26,996 nucleotides of DNA from Candidatus Bipolaricaulia bacterium (lineage in GTDB: Bacteria > Bipolaricaulota > Bipolaricaulia > RBG-16-55-9). Position 1 is the stretch's first letter, and every line of letters starts with the position of its first letter. The DNA lies in contig JBDGQO010000020.1 in NCBI GenBank assembly GCA_042219045.1, forward strand, positions 1 through 26,996, given 5' to 3'. The translations under genes were made by a program, and so were the position numbers. The notes beneath the pieces are model-generated. The model saw only the letters and a program-made list of their open reading frames with translations. It was not told the origin of the DNA and searched no databases. This document shows, one piece after another, positions 1 to 8,201 of the stretch.

Positions 1-750
1 GTCAAGCTCGTCCAGCAACAGGCCGGGGTCTCGCGCCGCAAGGCCGAGGGCTACATCAAGGACGGCCGCGTCGACGTGAACGGCCAGACCGTCACGAACC
101 CGTTCGTCGAGTTCAGCCACGATGAGATCGACGACCTCAAGCTCAAAGGCCAACCGATCCCGCTCGAGCGCCCGGAGCGAGTCGTCAAGAAATTCCACAA
201 GCCTCGGGGGATGCTGTCCTCGCACCACGATCCCCATCACAAGAACACCGTCGGCCAAGTCCTGAAGCGGCATGGCTTGGGCGATTGCGCCATCACCGGG
301 CGCCTGGACCAGGACGCCGAGGGCCTGCTCGTGGTCACCAACGACGGCGATCTGGTCAACGTGTTGACCCACCCGAGCTACGAGGCCCAAAAGACGTACC
401 GCGTGACGGTGCCGCGGGCGCTGCCCAAGCGCCACGCCGACGAAGTCCTCGGCCGCATGAAGGCCGGCGTCCAGGACGAGGGCGAGCCCCTCCACATCGA
501 GGACGGCTGGTTGGCGCCGGGCTCCCCCAATCCAGACGTCACGGAGCTGGAGTTGATCTTGGCAGAGGGACGCAAGCACGAGATCAAGCGCCTGTTCAGG
601 CACGTCAAGCTGCCCGTCTCGCGCATTCTGCGGACGGCCATTGGGCCCGTTCAACTCGGGGATCTCCGGCCCAATGGGCTGGCCTCGCTGAGCCCTGCCG
701 AGCTGGACGCCCTGCGCCAACTGAAGCGCCGGCGGCCGTCGACCGACTGA
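1..750 (+). CDS. RsuA/RluB-family rRNA pseudouridine synthase, 5' truncated by window edge
   Basis: The frame is open from base 1 (VKLVQQQAGVSRRKAEGYIKDGRVDVNG, an S4 domain). It has the catalytic GRLD motif (GRLDQDAEGLLVVTNDG), HKPRG, EGRKHEIKR and R-x-x-IG motifs. Confidence 0.93.
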   Translation, partial: VKLVQQQAGVSRRKAEGYIKDGRVDVNGQTVTNPFVEFSHDEIDDLKLKGQPIPLERPERVVKKFHKPRGMLSSHHDPHHKNTVGQVLKRHGLGDCAITGRLDQDAEGLLVVTNDGDLVNVLTHPSYEAQKTYRVTVPRALPKRHADEVLGRMKAGVQDEGEPLHIEDGWLAPGSPNPDVTELELILAEGRKHEIKRLFRHVKLPVSRILRTAIGPVQLGDLRPNGLASLSPAELDALRQLKRRRPSTD

Positions 751-771
751 CTTTTTCGACGTCAACCGATT

Positions 772-780
772 TGCTACGAT
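772..780 (+). promoter_or_regulatory. Extended -10 (TGcTACGAT) 7 nt before ATG 788; probable leaderless promoter
   Basis: TG-n-TACGAT at 772-780, ATG at 788, no Shine-Dalgarno; the -35 is poor. Confidence 0.45.
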
Positions 781-787
781 GGCCCGC

Positions 788-2005
788 ATGCACCTCGAGC
801 AATCGTCGTACGACGTCGTCGTGGTCGGCGCGGGCCCGGCCGGCGCCAAGGCGGCGCAGACGGCCGCGGAGCACGGCCTGAGCGTGCTGCTGTTGGAGTG
901 GCGGCCTGAGATCGGGCTGCCCGTGCAGTGCACGGGCCTGCTCAGCCTGCGCGGCTTCGAGGCGGCCGGCGTCGGCGACGAGGTCAAGCTCGGCCCCATG
1001 CGCGGCGCCTACGTCTACGGGCCGCAGGAACAGTCGTTTGCGCTGGAGAGTCCTCGCATCCAAGCCCACGTCATGGACCGCGATCGCTTCGACGCGGAGA
1101 TCGTGGAAAACGCCGAAGCCGCCGGGGCGGAGGTGCACACTCGGGCCCGCGCGATCCACTATGAGCCGGGCGATCCGGCGTCGCTGCGGCTCCGTCTGCA
1201 TGACCGCGACGAGGTGACGATCCGCACCCGGATCGTCATCGGCGGCGACGGGCCCAAGAGCGACGTCGCCCGCTGGGCCGGTCTCGACCCGCCGCGCAAG
1301 CGCATCGTCGCCTCCCAAGTGACCATTCCCTACGAGCTCGACCGCGAGGACTACGTCGAGGTCCATCTGAATCGGCGCGTGGCGCCCAACTTCTTCGGCT
1401 GGGCCGTGCCCTCGATGCCCGGCTGCGCCCGCGTCGGGTTGGGCACCGATCACGGCAAGCAGACGAACGCGCTGTTGGAGCGCTGGCTCGATGAGCGCTT
1501 CGGCAATCCTGAAATTTTGCAGCGCTTCGGGGGCGAGATCCCCATCGGCCCCGCGGAACGGACCGTCGCCGACGGCGTCATGCTCGTCGGCGACGCGGCC
1601 GGCCACGCCAAGCCGACCTCGGGCGGCGGCATCTACATCGGCACGAGCTGCGCCCAAATCGCCGGCGACGTTGCCGCCGAAGCCATCGACGCCGACGACG
1701 TCTCCGCTCGAGGTCTCGACGCTTACGAGCGCCGCTGGCGCGCGCGCTTCGAGCGGGAACTGACGTTCGGGTACTTGGCCCACCGGGCGCTCTGTCGGCT
1801 GAGCGACGACGACCTCGATCGGGTCTTCCAGACGGTCATCGCGGACGAAGATCTCATGGCCATCCTGAGCGAGCACGGCGACATCGACTACACGAGTTGG
1901 GTCGCCCAGGCGCTCGTGAAGCGCCCCGCTCTCTGGCGTCGACTCATGAGCGCCGTGCCGCGCAAGCGCGACTTCCTTATGGAGGCCGTCGGGCTCGTCC
2001 GCTGA
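788..2005 (+). CDS. Geranylgeranyl reductase family FAD-dependent oxidoreductase (DGGGPL reductase/MenJ-like)
   Basis: Rossmann YDVVVVGAGPAG, PVQCTG, DRDRFD, GGDG, FFGWAVP (YxWxFP-like) and VGDAAGHAKPTSGGGI. Start is 788 or 779. Confidence 0.88.
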   Translation: MHLEQSSYDVVVVGAGPAGAKAAQTAAEHGLSVLLLEWRPEIGLPVQCTGLLSLRGFEAAGVGDEVKLGPMRGAYVYGPQEQSFALESPRIQAHVMDRDRFDAEIVENAEAAGAEVHTRARAIHYEPGDPASLRLRLHDRDEVTIRTRIVIGGDGPKSDVARWAGLDPPRKRIVASQVTIPYELDREDYVEVHLNRRVAPNFFGWAVPSMPGCARVGLGTDHGKQTNALLERWLDERFGNPEILQRFGGEIPIGPAERTVADGVMLVGDAAGHAKPTSGGGIYIGTSCAQIAGDVAAEAIDADDVSARGLDAYERRWRARFERELTFGYLAHRALCRLSDDDLDRVFQTVIADEDLMAILSEHGDIDYTSWVAQALVKRPALWRRLMSAVPRKRDFLMEAVGLVR

Positions 2006-2010
2006 TCCCT

Positions 2011-4578
2011 ATGGCCAAACGTCGTCGGTCTCGCCAAGCCTCCAAGCGCGGGCGCCGCGAACCCCCGACTCAACGGTGGCGCAGGCGCCTCACGGCTTGG
2101 ATGACGAACGCCCATCTCAAGGGCTGGATCGTCGCGGGCATCGCTGCGATCGCCGCCGTTCTCATTCTCGTTCTGGCGATTCTGGACCAGCAAACGGGCA
2201 TTTACGTGACCGTCCTGATTGCCGGGTCGTTGGGCCTGCTCATCGGGACGTTGCCCCGAGCCCGGTTGGGGCTAACGACCGTCTTTCTCTTTCTGCAGCC
2301 GCTCGTGATCTATCTGCCCAACACGGAGTACGGCTACACCAAAGCGATCCTGTCGCTGCTCGCGATTTCCCTCCTCTGGGCCCTCTGGGCCGGACGCTGG
2401 ATCTGGGAGGGCGAAGCCCGCCTTCGCCTGACGCCGCTCGTCTGGCCGTTCCTGGGCGTGCTGGGAGCCGCGCTCCTGTCGCTGATTAACGCCAACACGT
2501 TGTGGGGCGATATCCAATACGTTGTTCTGATCGTCTACTTTGCCGCATTCGCGCTCTACGTGGCCCATCACATCGAACGTCGCGGCGACGTCGAGCTGGT
2601 GGTCGGGACGGTGTTGGGCGCGGCGGGGCTGGCCTCGGTCTACGGGCTCCTGCAGTATTTCGGCGTCGTGCTCGGCGCGCCGGGCGAGTCCGGCGACAGC
2701 GAGGCCATCATCTCGACGTTCGGCAATCGAAACTACCTCGGCGGCTTCTTGGCCTATCTCGTGGCCCCCGGGCTATGGCTGCTTCTCACCAGTCGATGGG
2801 CATGGGTACGCGGTTATGTGCTGGGCGTGCTGGCGCTCGTCACGGCGACGCTGGTCACGATCGACTCCGACTCCTCCTGGTTGGCCTACGTATTGTCGAT
2901 TGCGACGGTCATTGCTGGACTGGTCGCAACGGGCGAGTGGGCGATCCTCAAACGGACGTGGCGCTGGAGCGTTGGGTTGGTCGCCGCGGCGTTCGGCCTG
3001 ACGTTCCTGCTGCACGTGGGCACCGAGCTCTGGCTCGAAGACGACTCGATCTGGCTGGAGGGCTGGCAGGATCTCGCGCCCGTCGTCGGCTGGGCGGGGC
3101 TGTTGACCCTGGCAGGCGTGCCGTTGGCGGGCCTGTTGGAGCGCATCTGGGAGGCGCCCCTGCGTCAGCGATTGGCCGCACTCGCGGGCGCGGCTGTCCT
3201 GGCGGTCCTCTTCTTGCTCAGCCCGCCGGGCCAGACGGCCGTGAGCGACATCCGCCAGGTGGCGACCAGCGGCTCGGCCCAGATCCGCGCTTGGGACTGG
3301 TGGGTCGGCTGGCACATGGTTGAGGATCACCCGGCGATCGGCATCGGCATTGGCGACTACAAGCGCGAGTTCCTCCCCTACAAGGCCGAGTTTCTCCAGA
3401 CCGAGCGCGGGCAGTATTTTCAGAACCAAGTCGGCTACATCAAGCGGGCGGCCCAGGCCCACAACGAGTACGTCCAGATAGCGGCCGAGATGGGGGCTGT
3501 GGGCATCTTGGCGACGCTCGTCCTGATCGTCGTATTGGTCGGGACGACGGGTCGCCGGATTCGCCAGGCGGAGGCTCCCTGGCAACGGATGGCGCTGCTG
3601 GCGTTCCTCGGCGGGATTGTCGCGTTTTTGAGCGATTCGTTCTTCAGCTTCCCGCTCCACTTGCCCGCGAACGCGTTGGCGCTCGTGACGCTCATCGGGG
3701 TGATCCACTCGCCCGTGTTCGGCCCGACCCGTCCGCAGCCTCGCCTGGGCCGGACGGCGGCGCAGGTGACGGCCGGCGTTGTGTTGGCGATGGCGCTTGG
3801 CGTGAGCGTCTTTGCCTATCGCGATTGGCGCGCGGATGTGTTGTTGGATGCGGCGTTGACGGAGCAGCAGCGCTCGGGCAACAGCGCCGAGGTTGAATCC
3901 TTGTTCCGTCAGAGCGCTGAGCTCGCCGTGGCCCCCGGCCAAGCCTACTATTGGCTCGGGGTGATCAGCGCCAATGACGGCGAACGGCTGACCGCGGAGG
4001 GCAAGTCAGACCAAGCCCGGCGGCAGTTTGAGAGGGCCCGTCGATACCTGGAAACGGCCCTCAACCGCTACAACACAGAGAACGTCTACTTCGAATTGGC
4101 CCGGTCGTTGGAACGCCTGGGGAACTACGAACAGTCGGAGAGGTATCTGCGCACGCTGATCCAAATGGATCCCAGCGACGACCTGAAGCGCCAGGCGCGC
4201 CAGTTGCGGGCGTTGATCCTCTATCAACAGGGCCAGCCGGAGGAGGCGTTGTCCATCATGCGCAACCTCGGCGACGCCCATCCGCGCTCGCCCCATATCC
4301 AGTTTACGCTGGCACAAATGCTGGCAGATCGCGCCAGCACGTTGGCGGACGAGGGCAAACGAGAGGCCGCTCAGGCCAACGTCGACGAAGCTCGCGCGAT
4401 CCTCGAACGAGCGCTCGAGACGGTCAATCAGCGCCTGCGTACCCTGGAGCGCAAGTTGAATCCGGACGAGGACACGAGCGTGCCCTTGTCGAAATATTCG
4501 GAATGGCGCTCCCAACGGGACTCGCTCCAGCGCCTCAGGTCCAACATGCGACAGCTGCTGGATCGGTTAGGCCCGTAA
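2011..4578 (+). CDS. O-antigen ligase/oligosaccharyltransferase (Wzy_C) family membrane protein with C-terminal TPR repeats
   Basis: Many TM helices; FGNRNYLGG, R..W..GW.M..DHP..GIGIG and AHNEYVQIAAEMG motifs. The C-terminus is helical and TPR-like (AYYWLG, VYFELARSLERLGNYEQSERYL). ATG 2011 follows the upstream stop; 2101 is an alternative start. Confidence 0.85.
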   Translation: MAKRRRSRQASKRGRREPPTQRWRRRLTAWMTNAHLKGWIVAGIAAIAAVLILVLAILDQQTGIYVTVLIAGSLGLLIGTLPRARLGLTTVFLFLQPLVIYLPNTEYGYTKAILSLLAISLLWALWAGRWIWEGEARLRLTPLVWPFLGVLGAALLSLINANTLWGDIQYVVLIVYFAAFALYVAHHIERRGDVELVVGTVLGAAGLASVYGLLQYFGVVLGAPGESGDSEAIISTFGNRNYLGGFLAYLVAPGLWLLLTSRWAWVRGYVLGVLALVTATLVTIDSDSSWLAYVLSIATVIAGLVATGEWAILKRTWRWSVGLVAAAFGLTFLLHVGTELWLEDDSIWLEGWQDLAPVVGWAGLLTLAGVPLAGLLERIWEAPLRQRLAALAGAAVLAVLFLLSPPGQTAVSDIRQVATSGSAQIRAWDWWVGWHMVEDHPAIGIGIGDYKREFLPYKAEFLQTERGQYFQNQVGYIKRAAQAHNEYVQIAAEMGAVGILATLVLIVVLVGTTGRRIRQAEAPWQRMALLAFLGGIVAFLSDSFFSFPLHLPANALALVTLIGVIHSPVFGPTRPQPRLGRTAAQVTAGVVLAMALGVSVFAYRDWRADVLLDAALTEQQRSGNSAEVESLFRQSAELAVAPGQAYYWLGVISANDGERLTAEGKSDQARRQFERARRYLETALNRYNTENVYFELARSLERLGNYEQSERYLRTLIQMDPSDDLKRQARQLRALILYQQGQPEEALSIMRNLGDAHPRSPHIQFTLAQMLADRASTLADEGKREAAQANVDEARAILERALETVNQRLRTLERKLNPDEDTSVPLSKYSEWRSQRDSLQRLRSNMRQLLDRLGP

Positions 4579-4580
4579 GT

Positions 4581-4609
4581 TTGTGAACCCGATAAAGCAC
4601 GCGTACAAT
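4581..4609 (+). promoter_or_regulatory. sigma70-type promoter of secA
   Basis: TTGTGA-N17-TACAAT, 17 nt before ATG 4627. Confidence 0.6.
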
Positions 4610-4626
4610 GCGAATTGAGAGATTCT

Positions 4627-7254
4627 ATGGTTCTTGATCAAGTTCGCCACTACGTCGACCGCATCTTCGGTCAGACGCACGACCAGAAGCTGAAGAAGCT
4701 GTATCCGATTCTGGAGAAGGTCAACGACTGGGCCGACGACGTCGCCGCTATGAGCGACGAGGAGCTGGCCGCCAAGACGCCGGAGTTCAAGCGTCGTCTG
4801 GACGAGGGCGAGACGCTCGACGAGTTGATGCCCGAGGCGTTTGCCGTGGTGCGCGAGGTGGCCGAGCGCGTCGTGGGACTGCGGCCCTACGACGTTCAAG
4901 TGATCGGCGCGATCGCGCTCCACCAGCGGCGCATCGCCGAGATGAAGACGGGCGAGGGCAAGACGCTCGTCGCCACGATGCCGATTTACCTCAACGCGCT
5001 CGCCGGCCACGTCCATCTCGTGACGGTCAACGACTACCTTGCAGCGCGCGACCGTGACTGGATGGGGCCCGTTTACGAACACCTCGGGCTCAGCGCCGGG
5101 CTGATCCAAGAGGGCATGAGCACCGAGGAGCGCAAGGCGGCGTACCAGTGCGACATCATCTATGGGACCAACACCCAGTTCGGCTTCGACTACCTGCGCG
5201 ACAACTTGGCCATGTCCTGGGACCAGCGGGTCCAGACGGGGCTGGACTACGCCATCGTCGACGAGATCGACAACATTCTGATCGACGAGGCGCGCACGCC
5301 GCTCATCATTTCCGGCTCAACCGAGGAGTCGCAGAAGCTCTACAAGCAGTTTGCGCGGCTCGCGCCCCAGTTCACGGCCGACGAGGACTTCGAGCTGGAC
5401 GAAAAGAGCAAGCAGGTCCATCTGAACGACGCCGGCATCCAGCGGGCCGAAGAGCAGCTGGGCGTCGACAACCTCTACAATCCGCAGAACATCGAGTATC
5501 TCCACCATCTGGAACTCGCCCTGCGCGCGCGGCACCACTATCAGAAGGACACCGACTACGTCGTGCAGAACGGCCGCGTCGTGTTGGTGGATCAGTTCAC
5601 GGGTCGTCTCATGCCGGACCGCCAGCTCTCCGAGGGGCTCCATCAGGCGATTGAGGCCAAAGAGGGCTTGGAAATCCGCCGCGAGTCGCAGACGCTCGCG
5701 CAAGTGACCTTGCAGCACCTGTTCCAGCTCTACGACGGCCTGGCCGGCATGACGGGCACGGCCGCCACGGAGGAGCAGGAGTTCCAAGACATCTACGGGC
5801 TCGACGTCATCGTCGTGCCGACGAACGAGCCCGTGATCCGGGAGGACATGCCCGACGCGCTGTATAAGACCCAACAGGAAAAGTTCCAAGCGATCGCCGA
5901 CGACATCGAAGCGCGCCACCAGCACGGCCAGCCCATCCTGGTCGGCACGACGTCGATCGAAGACTCCGAGCGCCTCAGCGAGATGCTCAAGCGCCGCGGG
6001 CTCGAGCACGAGATCCTGAACGCCAAGCACCACGCCCGCGAGGCCGAAATCATCAAGGATGCCGGCGAGTACGGCGCGATCACCGTCGCGACCAACATGG
6101 CCGGTCGCGGCGTGGACATCAAGCTCGCCGAGGGCGTGGCGGACGTTGGCGGGCTCCACGTGCTCGGGGCCCAGCGCCACGAGTCGCGCCGCATCGACGA
6201 TCAGCTCCGCGGTCGTTCCGGCCGCCAGGGCGATCCCGGCTCCTCGCATTTCCACGTCTCGCTCGAGGACGACCTGCTGCGGCTGTTCGGCGAGCAGCGC
6301 ATGATCCAATGGGCGATGAGCAGCCTGGAAGAGGGCCAGAGCCTGGAGCACAACATGCTCAACAAGGCGATTCGCACGGCCCAGCAGAAGGTGGAGTCCT
6401 ACAACTTCTCCATCCGCAAGCGTCTCCTGGATTTCGACGCCGTCATGGCCAGCCAACGCGAGGCGATCTACGGGCTGCGCGATCGGTTCATCTTCGGGCG
6501 CGAGGACGATGAGGCCGTGGAGGCCGAGCTCGAAGATTACCTCCAAGAGGTCATCGACAACTACACCGACGCGCTCATGGCGCGGCACTGCCCCGACGAG
6601 AGCCGGCCCCAAGACTGGGACCTGGAAGGCCTGAACGGCGAACTGCGCCTGTTCCAGAACGTCCCGCTGGAGCGCGAGATCCAGGACGGGGAGAAGTATC
6701 ACGACGTTCGCGAGCGCGTCCGGGCGTTCCTCGAGGCCAACTATCGGACCCAACGGGAGAACCTGGGCGAGCACTTCAACGGGGTCGCGCGCTACATGAT
6801 CCTCAACCTCATCGACGACGCCTGGCGCCCGCATTTGTACGCACTCGATGACCTGCGCGACGCGGTGGGCTGGCGCTCGTACCAGGGCCGCGATCCGCTC
6901 ACGGAGTTCCGCCGCGAGGCGTTCGATCTGTTCCAGGAGATGCTGACGCGCATTGACGAACAGGTCATCAGCTACCTCGTCAAGCCGACCCTGCAGGTCG
7001 AAACGGTCCAAGACGCGGCCTCGCAGAGCCCGACGCTGCGGGTGAGCGGCTTGCAGTACCAGCATCAGGAGACCTCCGCGGTGTCGGTGGCGGAGCGGGA
7101 GGCCCAGTCGCAATCGGGGACCGCCGCATCGCCCAACGGCGAGGGCTCGCCCCGCCAGGAACAGCGCCGTGTGGAGAACAAAGTCGGCCGGAACGATCCC
7201 TGTCCCTGCGGCTCCGGCAAGAAGTACAAGAAGTGTCACGGCAAGCCGACTTGA
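4627..7254 (+). CDS. secA: Preprotein translocase ATPase SecA
   Basis: AEMKTGEGKT, VTVNDYLA, FGFDYLRDN, DEIDNILIDEARTPLIISG, ATNMAGRG, RRIDDQLRGRSGRQGDPG and a C-terminal SEC-C motif GRNDPCPCGSGKKYKKCHG. Confidence 0.99.
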   Translation: MVLDQVRHYVDRIFGQTHDQKLKKLYPILEKVNDWADDVAAMSDEELAAKTPEFKRRLDEGETLDELMPEAFAVVREVAERVVGLRPYDVQVIGAIALHQRRIAEMKTGEGKTLVATMPIYLNALAGHVHLVTVNDYLAARDRDWMGPVYEHLGLSAGLIQEGMSTEERKAAYQCDIIYGTNTQFGFDYLRDNLAMSWDQRVQTGLDYAIVDEIDNILIDEARTPLIISGSTEESQKLYKQFARLAPQFTADEDFELDEKSKQVHLNDAGIQRAEEQLGVDNLYNPQNIEYLHHLELALRARHHYQKDTDYVVQNGRVVLVDQFTGRLMPDRQLSEGLHQAIEAKEGLEIRRESQTLAQVTLQHLFQLYDGLAGMTGTAATEEQEFQDIYGLDVIVVPTNEPVIREDMPDALYKTQQEKFQAIADDIEARHQHGQPILVGTTSIEDSERLSEMLKRRGLEHEILNAKHHAREAEIIKDAGEYGAITVATNMAGRGVDIKLAEGVADVGGLHVLGAQRHESRRIDDQLRGRSGRQGDPGSSHFHVSLEDDLLRLFGEQRMIQWAMSSLEEGQSLEHNMLNKAIRTAQQKVESYNFSIRKRLLDFDAVMASQREAIYGLRDRFIFGREDDEAVEAELEDYLQEVIDNYTDALMARHCPDESRPQDWDLEGLNGELRLFQNVPLEREIQDGEKYHDVRERVRAFLEANYRTQRENLGEHFNGVARYMILNLIDDAWRPHLYALDDLRDAVGWRSYQGRDPLTEFRREAFDLFQEMLTRIDEQVISYLVKPTLQVETVQDAASQSPTLRVSGLQYQHQETSAVSVAEREAQSQSGTAASPNGEGSPRQEQRRVENKVGRNDPCPCGSGKKYKKCHGKPT

Positions 7255-7374
7255 CCCACTCCCGATAATCCGCGAGCAGATAGGGAGCTGACGACGAGTC
7301 GTATCTACGGCAGTGGCGTTCAGCCGTGGATGGGCTCATCGGTCCTGAAAACGCTGCAAACTCCCGTCGAGAGA

Positions 7375-7414
7375 TGAAAAGACGCAAGCCCCTCGGGTCA
7401 CCGAGGGGCTTGCG
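7375..7414 (-). terminator. Intrinsic terminator after the PKD operon (possibly bidirectional with secA)
   Basis: Perfect 14-bp stem CGCAAGCCCCTCGG/CCGAGGGGCTTGCG (7383-7414) with a 4-nt loop, followed on - by TCTTTTCA. Confidence 0.8.
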
Positions 7415-7455
7415 AGACTCACGCACGTCTGAGGCTCTGTGATTGGAGGGTCGGC

Positions 7456-8175
7456 TTAAATAACGCGCACCTGGACGTCGCCCGGGATCGTGATCTCGAA
7501 CTCCGGGCTTCGGCTGCTGACAGTGCCCTGGAGGGACACGCGCTGGTTGGCCGAGCTGGCCGCGGTCGTCATGCTGTAGCTGACGGTGAGCGTCTCGCCC
7601 GGCTCCATGCGGCTGAACCAGAGCCATTGGGCTTCCGAGCCCTTGTACGCAGCGCCGTCGTTTTCCGAAGGTTGGATGCGCCAATCCTGGGGCGGGTCTT
7701 CGTCGAGGCCGATCCCGCTGACGCTGTCATTGATCTCGATCGTCACGGTGACCTCAATGGCGCTGCCGGCCGGAACGCGGTTGCCCTTCAGCGGCGTTTC
7801 AACGGAGCGACGCACGCGGACCGGCGCGCTCTCGACGTCGACGGTCCGCGTGGTCGTGGCCGTACGGTCTTGATCGTCGGTGATCCGCAGCGTGACCGCG
7901 TGCGAGCCGCTGTTGTCGAAGAGGTGGGTCACGGTCGGCGACTCCGTCTGGATCTCGAAGGTGCCGTCGTCGTCGAGATCCCACTCGTAGCTCGAGATCT
8001 CGCTCCCGTTGGCGCGGGACGTGCTGGCGTCCAACGTGGTGCGCGTGTTGATGTCGGGCGCATCCGGCGCGACGGAGAACTGCGCGGAGAGCCCGCTCTG
8101 TCCCACTGCCGTCGGCGATCCGAGCCCAAGGAGCAGTCCCGTCAGGGCCAGCGCCAGTGTGCCGAGTCGCGTCAT
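7456..8175 (-). CDS. Secreted protein: signal peptide + PKD domain + cohesin-like Ig module
   Basis: GAGGTG RBS before ATG 8175; hydrophobic signal; PKD motif YEWDLDDDG...VTLRITD. The C-terminal module is homologous to modules in the two upstream genes (GIGLDEDPPQDW, QWLW). Confidence 0.85.
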   Translation of the reverse strand: MTRLGTLALALTGLLLGLGSPTAVGQSGLSAQFSVAPDAPDINTRTTLDASTSRANGSEISSYEWDLDDDGTFEIQTESPTVTHLFDNSGSHAVTLRITDDQDRTATTTRTVDVESAPVRVRRSVETPLKGNRVPAGSAIEVTVTIEINDSVSGIGLDEDPPQDWRIQPSENDGAAYKGSEAQWLWFSRMEPGETLTVSYSMTTAASSANQRVSLQGTVSSRSPEFEITIPGDVQVRVI

Positions 8176-8201
8176 CCGTTCAGTCACCTCGTGTCAGTAG
8201 G

